Shown piece by piece: positions 46,661-60,107 of a DNA stretch of 64,000 nt. This DNA is from Haliotis rufescens (taxonomy: Eukaryota), in NCBI RefSeq assembly GCF_023055435.1, contig NW_025964383.1:26474001-26538000 (forward strand). The letters run 5' to 3'. A program made the translations under genes and the position numbers. The notes under the pieces were generated by a model. That model saw nothing but the letters and a program-made list of their open reading frames with translations, was not told where the DNA came from and searched no databases. Numbering within the stretch: position 1 is the first letter of the stretch; each line of letters starts with the position of its first letter.

Positions 46661-47094
46661 TGTCTACCTATTTTCTCAATTCACTGATTCAACTAAAATA
46701 CACTAGGGTCCCTAATTAATTAAAACTACACAACTATACTATAGCTACAACAGGTACGCTACAAGGTTTGCGATACATAATATCCTGAAATATTGATATC
46801 TAAAAGCAACAAACAAAAACATGTTCAATAACAAAAATGAGTCGTGTTATATATGCAATTTAAAACTGCAAATAAAGCGTGTGGATAGTGTATACTTTTC
46901 GCAAATTTCAATGAAATAAAAAGTATCTTTCTACAAATCTAGTATTGAGTCTTCGGGTCATCAACACTGATTGGGATTTAATCGGTGAGATTATCATTCT
47001 TCTAAATCCTTATCCCGCAGTTTGATCTGGGCACTGATGTCAGGAGGATTAATAGTGCTGATATGTATGAAATGAAATCTAGTGTATGCTATGG

Positions 47095-47600
47095 CATTGT
47101 ATTTATTTCCTACACTCTCCCATCTTAGAAAACCCCTACGTATTATCAATACGCTTTTATCATCGTGCTTAATTCCTTCTAAATGTGAATCTAGGAGTCC
47201 ATCTCGCTCACTTAGGTAAACATTATTTATTTCCTACACTCTCCCATCTTCATTTAACCCTTACGTATTATCAATACGCTAACATCCTCGTGCTTGATTC
47301 CTTCTAAATGTGAATCTAGGAGTCCATCTCGCTCACTAAGGTAAATATTATATATTTCCTACACTCTCCCATCTTCCTTTAACCCTTACGTATTATCAAT
47401 ACGCTTTTGTCATCGTGCTTAATTCCTTCTAAATGTGAATCTAGGACTCCATCTCGCTCACTAAGGTAAATATTATTTATTTCCTACACTCTCCCATCTT
47501 CATTTAACCCCTACGTATTATCAATACGCTAATATCCTCGTCCTTAATTCCTTCTAAATGTGAATCTAGGAGTCCATCTCGCTCATTAAGGTAAATATTG
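47095..47600. repeat. ~125-bp x4 tandem repeat
   Basis: ttcctacactctcccatct at 47107, 47231, 47356 and 47481. Confidence 0.92.
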
Positions 47601-48724
47601 ACGTTAATCTCATTTGATTATCACACTGGCTTTATGCTTGCTATCAAATGGTGTTAATATGTGCCACTTCATTGACTCAACCTCACTCTGTGCTCATTTC
47701 AAAATGCCCTCTGTCCACATCCCATGTTTATCATTTCTGCTACTTGATAGTTTTTCACTGACGGTCACTCTAATAATGTTATCGTCTATTTAATGACAAA
47801 ATTAAAGGCAATTAAATCACATTTATAGCATTACACGGTCAGTTTAGTGCAAGAAAATTGTATATTGTTTTCAAGAATGTCCAAGCATTATATTTTTCAA
47901 ACTTGCCAGTTAGGTTTTCGATAAACACTGTGTTTCAGTTCCATAGGGAGCTGTGATCCTATGTTATATATAACAGTAAGTTCAAAACGTCATCGCCAGA
48001 GAATAATAAGTCTCGAATATCTTCGGAAACAGATTCTATAGGGCGTAAAGGCAGAATAGAGGTGAAAAGTATATGAATGGATCACTAAAAAACAGTGATG
48101 ACACCAAGTAAAGTAACTATCCATGTATAAGGAACCCTATATTTATTAATAGAATGACCTCAACGGAACAACAAAGATCACAAGAATGTTTTAATTGTTT
48201 CTATGGCTTCTTTTAGAAAGGTATGCCCCAATATGTACTTTGATACAAACACATTTACTACCTATTAATACCGAGTCCCAGCAAGGGACTTATGAATAAG
48301 ACTGCTATTTGTTCGCCCTGTCAGGTATGCTACCCTCTTGAAGTGTTTTATTAGTTCCCCAAGCTGCGATGTAGCTCGCTATTGTCATCGAGCACGGGAC
48401 GTATGCAATGAGTTTGACTGTACCGTGCATTTCCGTCTGAAAGCCCAGTGTCGGGCAGTCGTGGGAAAGGCTAGAGCTTTAGGCTAGGTCATAGATTCTG
48501 GCGTGTTATCCCAAGACTTTGGGCTTGCTGTATACATGATGTAGTTATACATACATATTCTGGTGCTTGATATCTGATTCAGATTCAAGTTCACATTTAC
48601 CTTACACATTTATGATATATTTTTGTACACGTACATAACAATACATATGACATATTTAATATTAAAGTATTCATATATTTTGTGTTAATCTCACGATATT
48701 CATATGTAATGATTGCTCTTACAA

Positions 48725-49310
48725 AATGCTGATATGTTCTCCTGAGCCGAAGAATGTTCATAGATTGTCAACTGGGCCTAATGATGTTCATAGATGGCCA
48801 AATGAGCTAAATATTGTTCATAGATATTCTTCTGGGCTTACAAATGTTCACTGGTTTTCTGCTGAGCCTAAGAATGTTCATAGATGATCTACTGAGCCCA
48901 TTAATGTTCATATATGTTCTACTGAGCCTAAAAATGTTCATATATGATCTACTGAGCCCAATAATGTTCATGGATGTTCTACTGAGCCTAAGAATGTTCA
49001 CAGATATTCTACTTAATCTAAGAATGTTCACAAATGTTCTACATAATGTACGAATGTTCGAAGATATTCTACATAATCTAAGACTATTTACAGATGTTCT
49101 ACTGAGCCTAATAAAGTTCATCGATGTTTTTACTGAGCCTAATAATGTTCATAGATGTTCTACTGAGCCGAAGAATGTTCACAGATATTCTACATAATAT
49201 ATGAATGTTCGCAGATATTCTACATAATCTAAGAATATTCACAGATGTTCTATTGAGCCAACAAACGTTCATAGATGTTCAACTGAACCGAAGAATGTCC
49301 ATATGTGATC
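48725..49310. repeat. 30-bp minisatellite (about 19 units)
   Basis: Unit approx. aagaatgttcatagatgttctactgagcct. Confidence 0.9.
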
Positions 49311-49909
49311 CGTTGTACAAACGTTAATGCTGAAAGTAACGATTCACGTATGTTCTGTTGAACATTACAATATTCATAAAAATAATGAACTTCATGTATT
49401 CATACACGTTATGTTGAACTTTATGCTATTCGTATATATCATTTTAAACCTTTCGATATGTATACATGATGAATTTGACATATCAACATTTATTTCAATT
49501 CCTTTTGTCCTGTCTAAATGGCTGTATATATGGTATATCGTTTTAGGTTTATGTGAAATATAGATTACCGTTCAGATCGAGTAATGCATAAATATACGAT
49601 ATGTTAGAACTTGTGAACATTCTCTGACATACAGCAGAGAAATATGATCAGCAATACATAATGCGTTTTGCTTTAAATACCAAGAAGTTTAGATATGGTG
49701 ACTGTCATGCAACCCTAGTTACTCATGGTTTCCCAAACACTCTGACTGTGTGATTCAGGACTCAACTTTGTACTTGTAAGAACGTATTACTTTACCTACT
49801 TCCTCACGTCACCAAAACCATTATGTCATAAATGTTACCAATCAAATAATCATGTTAAGGAACTACCATCTGTAATATCACGAAACCTGACACGAATTCT
49901 TTCACGACA

Positions 49910-50215
49910 AATACGTATACCCTTTTCCAATCATCTTTAAGAAAGTAAAAAGTAAAGTCTGTGATTTTTCTTCATTTTTCAGAAATATAATGTAAATAAC
50001 CTTAATTCTTAATGACCACATTGTATTCATGTTAATATGACTCTGCAAATGTTAAATCTAAAGCATGTGAAAAATTACCTCAGAAGTATGTTCTTCTCTA
50101 TATGTATACCCTTTCTGTCATCTTTAAGAAACTAAAAAGCAAAAGACTATGTTTTTCTCCATTTTTCAGAAATAAAATGTGAATGTACTAAGTCTAAATG
50201 TGGATCTAAAGCATG
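49910..50215. repeat. Diverged local direct duplication (about 190-bp spacing)
   Basis: gtataccc..tcatctttaagaaa..catttttcagaaata..atctaaagcatgt occurs twice. Confidence 0.7.
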
Positions 50216-51502
50216 TTCAAACTTGATGTACTAAACGTTTCCCGTGACCATTGCCTGCTCATGCACCACTTAGCCATTACCCATGGGCTAGTACCTTCAA
50301 TACAGAAACGTTATAGAGACGATTGCCTTGGTATCAGTAATGGTTCGCATAGCATCCACTGTCCTTTCTTCATTGTTAAAAATCCTTCGTATAAATGATT
50401 CATAGAAGCAAGCATATTCTTAATACTTCACAATTCCCAGACAAAGGAATCATGCTTATAATGCCAGGCTTGGTCAAGGGATTCCTCCTTTGGGAGTCTG
50501 GTCGGAGTTGTAAGACTCCATCAATGTTATAGTAGTACACACAGCCTCTGTATGCTGTCAGTCACCGGCCATGTACACACACTGCAATTCTTTTGGTTTT
50601 GTCGGAAGCAGAATACCTTGAAGTGACCGGGCATTAAAGTGTAGCAAAACGTGCATGTGTAAACATTAAACGCTAACAAGACTGCTTGTGTAACATTTGA
50701 TGTCGTACACAAGTCTTAACTTCTGTGTAGAGGAAAGGTTTATAATGGCATAGCATGTCAAGGGAGACTGCATGGTTAACACGCGGTCATATTGGAACGG
50801 ACTTGCTATTTCTACATGTAGAGTTAAATGTATTTGGATCCGTTAGACAAAATGTATATAAGAATACATGCCCGCTGATGGGTAGCCTTTTTTCAGTCAG
50901 AATGTAAAACATACTTTTTCATTCAGTAAAAAATGATGAAATGTTCAATAAACATCAACCGTGTATTATTTGGTTGTATTAATACACGTACGAATACATT
51001 GAAACCCCAGTTTTGTAAACCCATACTTGAGTGGATTTGGATTGTTTGGATTTGGTTATGCTATTTAAAGACAATACATAAACTCAGTTTAGTGCATGAA
51101 TGATATATACTGCTCAAAATTAGTTAAAGAAAACCCGATTTTTTTGCATGACATATTAACTATCGGGTGTTTTTTAAAACTTATTTCGAGTAGTAGATAA
51201 CGCATGGCAATGGATAGACTAACATTTAGTCTCTGAAATCTTATATTACACAATATCCTTCTTGATTCTAATAAAAAAAAAAATTCCCTATGCTGATTTC
51301 AGAATAGAGCTAGCTTGAGCTGGCTAGACTTGCTTTTGTATGCATTTCTAGATTATTTTTTTAAATAAACAAAATATATTCCACGGTCATGGTGCAGGAC
51401 TAGGTAATGGATACAACACAAGATGTATATAATCTTGTATTAATCCATTCCTGTTTTGTGGATTATGGTCATTTAAGGCGATTCATATACCATTTGTAGT
51501 GG

Positions 51503-51791
51503 CTCCGTGGTCTAGAGGTAGAGCGTCCACCGGAGAGCGGAAGGTCCGGGGTTCGATCCCCGACCGCGTCATACCAAAAGACGTTAAAAGATGGTACTTG
51601 TTGTTACCCTGTCTGGCGCTCGGCATTAAGGGGCTAAAACAAGGACTGGTCGGCTCGGAGTCAGTATACTGTGTCTGAGTGGGGTATTCATGTTAAACTG
51701 CGGCATGGTATCTCAGTGGGCTAGCACTATAAATCGGCATCACTCCAGACTAGTACAAGCACACACACACACACACACACGCACACACGCA

Positions 51792-51823
<32 letters not shown>

Positions 51824-51906
51824 CACACGTGCATGCACGTCGCTATATAAGTGCAATAATCTTGGACGCAACGTTAAACCCCGCTCAACCTCACCTCACC
51901 TCACCC
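51503..51906 (+). mobile_element. SINE family D
   Basis: TSD tttgtagtgg; expanded internal (CA)/(CACG) repeat. Confidence 0.87.
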
Positions 51907-52094
51907 TTTGTAGTGGTGAGGTTAGTTGAATTTGGGTCTAACGTCGCGTCCAAGATTATTGCACTTATATTGCGACGTGTATGTACGTGTCCCTTTGTTG
52001 TGAATTAATGTATATAACTCATGGTAATTTATATTAAACAAGGTATACATATATGGTTTTGCATTAAAATACCAATGTCTTTGTGGTCACATAC

Positions 52095-52187
52095 CTGAGT
52101 AAACGTCATCTCATTCATGCATAGTCGCCCGGGCTTCACAGGTAAATCCGATAGTGCCCTCGCTGGTATACGTGAAATCCTTTCCAC
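52095..52187 (-). other. Candidate exon of an unannotated minus-strand transcript (VERISRIPARALSDLPVKPGRLCMNEMTFTQ)
   Basis: acaacag acceptor (weak), strong CAG|gtatgt donor, 93 nt open in phase 0. Confidence 0.3.
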
Positions 52188-53789
52188 CTGTTGTGGTGTT
52201 TAATGTAGTTCAAGCACACAGCCTAACCACACACGGCTTCTTCACAATAAAAACTGTTATTAGCATCAGAGGCTATTTTCGATAGGGAGGTGAATACTTA
52301 ATAAATTTCCAAATTAAGCTGACATCAAAAGCTGCGAAGGTTACGTAATTATTTTGAGAGTAACCCCAATCGTTCAGTAACACACGGAATGCACAGATAG
52401 GGATTTAAGTTATGTCCACATCATACCATGCATGCAGGTGAAACACTGCAGAATATTTCAGTTTCAGGCAATCAAGCAAATAGGTCCTGATTCATCTGTG
52501 TTTGCAACCGACGTGTATGTGTCTAAAAGAAAGGGTAAAAGAGCATTGCCCTGTTTACTCCCGAGAGGAGGGGGTTGGGGTGGTCGCCTTGCTCCCTCCC
52601 TATTTCGGGTTAAGCTAGCTCAATACCTAGAGGTCACGATTCGCCTCTGTCATAGAGTATCCCAGTCGAACAAACGCACACATCCGTATCTCAACAGTAT
52701 AAGACTCAGCCCTTGTTGCGACTGTCGTTTTGCCAAGCGACAACGGCAGAAAAATGTCCAGAATTTCACCGTTTCCTTAAGCCCCGGTTGCAGGCCAAGA
52801 AAAAACTCTCTCTAGATCTGTAATCCTTGTCTGAAAAAGAATGAGAGTGTTCATTAGTGACCAGCTTGGGACACACGTAACAGTTTGGTCTTGCTGAAGG
52901 ATGAAATATCATACAATGCCTTAGCAGGTGGTCCGTCAAACCTGTTACGGTACAATACCCCAGTAACGAAATGCGAAAGATTAATCCGCACAGTTTGGAC
53001 GACTACAATATGGACACAGGTATGACATTTCTCCTGGATGTATCATAAACTGGCATCACAAAAATTAAAAAATCTAGAAACATAAATAACCAGGTCTCGT
53101 AAACTTGTCAAAGGTAAATACGGGCATTCACTTAAGCTAAAGCCCTTAACGCCTTCAATGATACTCGAACAACAATGAAAACACTCCACACACGTTAACG
53201 CACACCAAGGACAACCCATTCTAAACATGGATACAGAAACATTGCTCGTACTCCTCTTGGATGTCAACATATATTTACACAGTCATATGATCAATACTGT
53301 AAAATACAAGCTTACATTAAACAGAAACAACACATGTGATATTGACACTCAAACACAGGGTGACAAACCGTAAACATAACGAACTATTTATACCTACTCA
53401 AACCTAGGTATGATAAATAACCATAAGGGGTTTATGATCAGAAGCCTCTGTTCCTTATCTTTTACCTTCAGCGATATCTCCTGTTTATAAGTTGTATGTC
53501 ACTGTGTGATAAAATCCAATAGCAAGACTGGCAAATCAGGTCTGTTATGGAGGTTATTTCTCCTCGGATTATTCACATCCTTTGCAAGTCACGGATTACC
53601 CTCGAGCTGTCAACTTCTTACAAGTCTAAGTCCTGTTCTGTGCGGACCTTTCACTGGGTCAAGTAATCCGGCTTCCATGTATGTATTCCGGTGATTAATC
53701 CTGCGTATGAATCGTCGTGAGGTCTCCACTTGCTGGCTACATAGTGTCGAGCTGATATTCAATCAACAAGTTGGCAGCCATGAAAACTT

Positions 53790-53935
53790 TCGTGGAGTAT
53801 TGTCACGTAAAAAAGCATGGGGTCGCACGAACAGTGTTTTGAACAAATACCCGGTGCTCAGCCAATCAAATCAACGCAGTGGGCATCGATAGGGAGAGTT
53901 GCTATTCCGTCTGATCGCAGTTGTCTCCCTTTGAA
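53790..53935. promoter_or_regulatory. Possible promoter (CCAAT box)
   Basis: agccaatca at about 53860-53868, CpG-richer stretch, minus-strand donor AAG|gtaaaa at 53466. Confidence 0.25.
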
Positions 53936-55194
53936 TATTAGCTTCGTTTCATGTTAATCTGACAAATCGGCTGTTGTATTACTTTGCTGAACTATTCGTG
54001 ATAATAACAAAAATGAGTTTATCTTGAAATTAGCATGATTACTTTATCGTTTTAATGAATTTAGTTAATATTTAGTTTCAAACTATAATTATTTTGGATG
54101 TCCACTAGAAACGGTTAAAAGAATGTGATGGTGTTGTCACTGTAGATTAAAATATTAAAAAACAAACCATTCTTTTTTCATTTGACTTGCCTTTGCGTGT
54201 GTTTGTGACGGGTGCCATCGGTGGGGCAGAATACACTTACGTTTTCGCGAACACCTGGTATCATCACTATTACATAGAGATTCTTAACCACATGCTCATG
54301 TATATTTCGGAATCGTGCAATCGGCTCTGCTTTTGGCAGACATTTCTTATGAATATTGAAAGGGTTTTGAAGCTTTTATTTACTGTAGATAATTTGGAAA
54401 CCCCCGACACATCTTATAGATCACGTTCGTCTGACATAACATTAGGAATATGGATTAATGAATAATAACCCTAATCTATTGTTTCACTAATAGCGTATAC
54501 CTTTGTCATTAGCAATGGATCTTGACAATAGAGGACAATAAGCCATTGTTACTGTTATTGATCGAATTACTAATGACTGCGAACCGAGGTAGTCATTCAA
54601 ACGTCTCGGCCATGGCTCCCACCGCCACAGTGCGGGCAGTCAGTGATTAAGTTACCCCACCATTCTGCCGAAATGAAATGCACTCGTGAAAATGCATACC
54701 TTACCACACAATCGCATGTCAACTACATACATACATATATATATCCCATTGTCAGGAATGGGTCATTCGTCCGTTCCAATTTAATGAAATATTTTTATCG
54801 AAAAGTTGACATTTCAGTGACGTTTGAATGTCTTGATTCTATACAAAAAGCCCTACCATGATTTCAAGTACTCAAATCAAGTACAAGATACATTCTATAT
54901 TAAGGGTTTCATACCAACCTGCGTTATAGCGTGTGGAGATCGGATTTATGATAATTAACAAAATCAGAAAAAAATATTAAATTAATAATTATGGATTTGT
55001 TACATTACCTCGGACTCTGATATTGCCTGGGGGATAACAGTGAATTAGTCTTGGTATTATGTTGATGTGTACTTTTACATGGATACTATATTTGTCCTAC
55101 CTAACCATCAACAGCAAGGATTAATCTTTGCTCATCAACAACTTGTTTACATCAGATCCATCAATAAATCTTTACTTGAGATTTATTTGAGATC

Positions 55195-55678
55195 CACTAC
55201 GCTTTCGAGGTGTAGTGGATAGAGCGTCTACCGCATAGCGGAAGGTCGGCTGTTCGATTCCCTAGCTGCGTCAAACCTAATCACGTAAAAAAATATTGTA
55301 CTTGTTGCTGGCGCTTGGCATTCAGGGTATAAAACAAGGTCTGGTCATCTTGTATTCTGTGTTTGAGTAGGGCATCCATGGGAAACTGTGGTACAGTAAA
55401 CTACGCTTATAACGAACACGCTTATAACGAATTGACTGATATAACGAACTATCTTTTTAGTCCCGGCCATTTGTTGTATATATGCTTATAAAGAACTACG
55501 GTTATAACGAACTAAAATAAGTGGTCCCTTTGAGTTCGTTATAACCGTAGTTTACTGTATATGAAACTGGCATAAATCAAGACTAGTACAAGCAGCTTCA
55601 AACACACATGCATGCATGTCGCTACAGAAGTGTAATAATCTTGAACGTGACATTAACCTCCATTCACCTCACCTCCAT
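55195..55678 (+). mobile_element. SINE family D (old), split by a MITE
   Basis: Head and tail of family D lie on either side of 55394-55557. Confidence 0.7.
55394..55557. mobile_element. Tc1/mariner-pogo type MITE inserted in SINE D
   Basis: TIR cagtaaactacg.ttataacgaac / gttcgttataa.cgtagtttactg, TA TSD. Confidence 0.85.
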
Positions 55679-55919
55679 TAAAGGGGGGCTATGCTTGTAC
55701 AATTTGGCAGTCCCAGCAGGTTCAAACACCACTGTTTGCTAACTCAAATTTTATGATGTCAATGTAGCGGTCAAATGATGACCCCATTACACAGAAACAA
55801 TGCATCAGTTTATCAATAACAGCTTCTCGGCGTTCACTGAAAATGGGTAAACGACGTCAGGACGTAATTCTACTTTAATAACATTCATGGATGTGATTCA
55901 TTCTTGAAACATGGTATGC

Positions 55920-56172
55920 CAGGTAGAGATTAGGTCTTCAGCAACCCATGCTTGCCGTAAGAGGAGACTAACGGGATCAGATGGTCAGGCTCACTGACTT
56001 GGTTGATGCAAGTCATCGTATCTCAATGGCGTAGATCGATGCTCGTGATGTGAATCACTGGATTGTTTGGTCCAGACTCAACCATTTACAGACCGCGATC
56101 ATACAGCTGGAATATTGCTGAGTGCGGCGATAAACAACAAACAGCAGCAACAACAACAACAACAACAACAAT
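55920..56172 (+). mobile_element. SINE-like family B
   Basis: TSD aaacatggta, (CAA)n tail. Confidence 0.8.
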
Positions 56173-57387
56173 AAAACATGGTAATTTCAAAAAATTCTAA
56201 TAAGTGTCACAATATGAAATATAAATACATATTTCTCTACGTGTCCTGGTCCACTAGGTGTTTCCTCCAGCCCCAGCCTCCCGCCTACTGAGTTATTCAG
56301 GTCGTCAGACAAGGTGAACCCGTTCCCCACAACCTGTTTCTCCACATCAATAGCTGGCGACAGGTACACGGCTGTCAATCTGTCCCCTGTACAGCGCTGT
56401 GAGAGAGCGGAGAGGGTGCGGGAGGGACGCACAGTGGATGCTCATCGTGTGGGTATTACTCACAGGGGGCAGGATTGATGTTTAAGCGTACGGGTGTGAT
56501 TGTTACCGTCTATTTATGACGTAACGCACTTGTAACACGTGTTACGGTTAAATAAATCTGTGTGCCTATTTTCCGGTCTCATGTTTATAAAATGACTTCA
56601 ATGTATTCATCTTGGCGCCTTTTCTATCAATACTTGCGTCAAATACAAGTTTTTGAAAGGCATTTAGAAGTGATGCACATAAGGTAGAGAATTTATGAAT
56701 GTCAACTTTATAATGAGGAACACATAAACATATGTTCCTCCCCTCTCTATCATAAGGATTTGTTTATGAATCACTATTAGTTAGTGATACCAGGCGTTCA
56801 AGAATGGGTTAGCATACCCTGTCCCACCGGTAGCACCCGTAACAAATACATGCAACGGCAAGTGAATTTTTCACCTGAACAAACACGGGTACATATTGCA
56901 CAAGTCAAAATAGGGGATTCCATCGGACATCATTATGGTCACTTCTGCATTAAATACTGAAATATCCCCACACAACTTTTTTAAAGCCTTACTATGGTCC
57001 TCAGACGTCCTTCCAATTAACACTAGCGTCACAATAATTTACCACCGTGAATACAAATACGCAGAATCATAATTCAAATTCAAATACCTGCAGTTGCTTC
57101 TTAAGTCGGAACAAGACATTGACATTGACATTGTGAATTTTGCACATTTCAAAATGTAACAGGTTGTTACTGGTATATGGATTTGGGTGGTTTTTAATAC
57201 CAATATCAATACAGATATCTTTGTGTAATCATAGACTCAGGGCGTGTGGGATTTAATCATTATCTCTTTCCAACCGTTGTGATAGAGGGAACTGGGACAT
57301 ATATCATGAACCAATAGAGCGATATTAAATACAACACATAACACAATGTGAGGATGTAACTGATGTAGCATACATAAGTGTTATACA

Positions 57388-59240
57388 TCAGGGTAATGGT
57401 GATGATATGCACGTGGCACATAAAGGTAATGGTGATAATATGCATATGCACGTGGCATATAGAATAACATATTAATACCAATGTCAGTAATCAGGGTATT
57501 GGTGATAATATGCACGTGGCATATAGAATAGCATATTAATATCAATGTCAGTAATCAGGGTATTGGTGATAATATGCACGTGGCATATAGAATAACATAT
57601 TAATATCAATGTCAGTAATCAGGGTATTGGTGATAATATGCACGTGGCATATAGAATAACATATTAATATCAATGTCAGTAATCAGGGTAATGGTGATAA
57701 TATGCACGTGGCATATAGAATAGCATATTAATATCAATGTCAGTAATCAGGGTATTGGTGATAATATGCACGTGGCATATAGAATAGCATATTAATATCA
57801 ATGTCAGTAATCAGGGTATTGGTGATAATATGCACGTGGCATATAGAATAGCATATTAATATCAATGTCAGTAATCAGGGTATTGGTGATAATATGCACG
57901 TGGCATATAGAATAACATATTAATATCAATGTCAGTAATCAGGGTATTGGTGATAATATGCACGTGGCATATAGAATAACATATTAATATCAATGTCAGT
58001 AATCAGGGTATTGGTGATAATATGCACGTGGCATATAGAATAGCATATTAATATCAATGTCAGTAATCAGGGTATTGGTGATAATATGCACGTGGCATAT
58101 AGAATAGCATATTAATATCAATGTCAGTAATCAGGGTATTGGTGATAATATGCACGTGGCATATAGAATAGCATATTTATATCAATGTCAGTAATCAGGG
58201 TATTGGTGATAATATGCACGTGGCATATAGAATAGCATATTAATATCAATGTCAGTAATCAGGGTATTGGTGATAATATGCACGTGGCATATAGAATAAC
58301 ATATTTATATCAATGTCAGTAATCAGGGTAATGGTGATAATATGCACGTGGCATATAGAATAACATATTAATATCAATGTCAGTAATCAGGGTAATGGTG
58401 ATAATATGCACGTGGCATATAGAATAACATATTAATACCAATGTCAGTAATCAGGGTATTGGTGATAATATGCACGTGGCATATAGAATAACATATTAAT
58501 ATCAATGTCAGTAATCAGGGTAATGGTGATAATATGCACGTGGCATATAGAATAACATATTAATATCAATGTCAGTAATCAGGGTAATGGTGATAATATG
58601 CACGTGGCATATAGAATAACATATTAATACCAATGTCAGTAATCAGGGTATTGGTGATAATATGCACGTGGCATATAGAATAACATATTAATACCAATGT
58701 CAGTAATCAGGGTATTGGTGATAATATGCACGTGGCATATAGAATAACATATTAATATCAATGTCAGTAATCAGGGTAATGGTGATAATATGCACGTGGC
58801 ATATAGAATAACATATTAATATCAATGTCAGTAATCAGGGTAATGGTGATAATATGCACGTGGCATATAGAATAACATATTAATACCAATGTCAGTAATC
58901 AGGGTATTGGTGATAATATGCACGTGGCATATAGAATAACATATTAATACCAATGTCAGTAATCAGGGTATTGGTGATAATATGCACGTGGCATATAGAA
59001 TAACATATTAATACCAATGTCAGTAATCAGGGTAATGGTGATAATATGCACGTGGAATATAGAATAACATATTAATATCAATGTCAGTAATCAGGGTAAT
59101 GGTGATAATATGCACGTGGCATATAGAATAACATAATTATATCAATGTCAGTAATCAGGGTAATGGTGATACTATGTTCGTGGCATAAAGAATAAAATAT
59201 TTATATCAATGTCAGTAATCCGTAATGGTGACAAAGTGCA
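57388..59240. repeat. 64-bp satellite (about 28 units)
   Basis: Unit aatatgcacgtggcatatagaataRcatattaataYcaatgtcagtaatcagggtaWtggtgat. Confidence 0.95.
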
Positions 59241-59333
59241 TGTTACATTTATCCCACGCCTGTAAATAGTAAGGCATTTCTAGTTTCTTTTAAGCAAAGA
59301 TTGGTTGATGTATGTATGCAGAAATAACAATAA

Positions 59334-59398
59334 GAATCGAACCCGGGTCTTCGGCGTGACGAGCGAACGCTTTAACCACTAGGCTACCCGACCGCCCC
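59334..59398 (-). mobile_element. SINE family A 5' fragment
   Basis: tRNA-like head only. Confidence 0.75.
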
Positions 59399-59509
59399 TT
59401 ATACAACGTGAAGAAAGGAATATTGATAAGACTTGAAACGGCTTAAAGTTGGGTGTTTGGGTAGGTTGTTATGGGACTTGCCAGTCCCAGTTATAACATG
59501 ACAAATGAG

Positions 59510-59982
59510 GGCAAACACGAGTTATTACATGCTATATGATAGGTCACACTACTATTTACATGCCATATGCGGGGTTACACTACTTAGTTCAGGAAATATG
59601 AGAGGTTACACTACTTACTACATGACATATGAGAGGTTACACTACTTATTTCATGACATATGAGGACTACACTGGTTATTATATGACATAGGAGGGGTTA
59701 CAGTACTTATTACATGACATATGAAAGGCTACACTACTTATTACATGACATATGAGAGGTTACACTACTTATTTCATGACATATGAGGACTACACTGGTT
59801 ATTATATGACATAGGAGGGGTTACAGTACTTATTACATGACATATGAAAGGCTACACTACTTATTAAATGACATATGAGGGGTTACACTACTTATTACAT
59901 GATTGAGGGGTTACACTAGTTATTATATGACATATAAGGGGTGAAACTAGTTATTACCCGACATATGAGGGGTTACACTGCT
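59510..59982. repeat. ~31-bp minisatellite (about 15 units)
   Basis: Unit approx. ttacatgacatatgagaggttacactactta. Confidence 0.88.
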
Positions 59983-60107
59983 ATAATCAGCTACAAAACT
60001 GATCCAGCCCTAAGCAATGTTTCGGTTAACACAATGCTGCTTTATTGTCATCTGGCATTGATGGGCAACTTACATGTAGCACTATCCAGGGATACTGCTT
60101 TGTATAA

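Noticed and set aside
48807-49197. LRR-looking 10-aa repeat ORFs
   Set aside because: Translations of the 30-bp minisatellite, open on both strands by chance.
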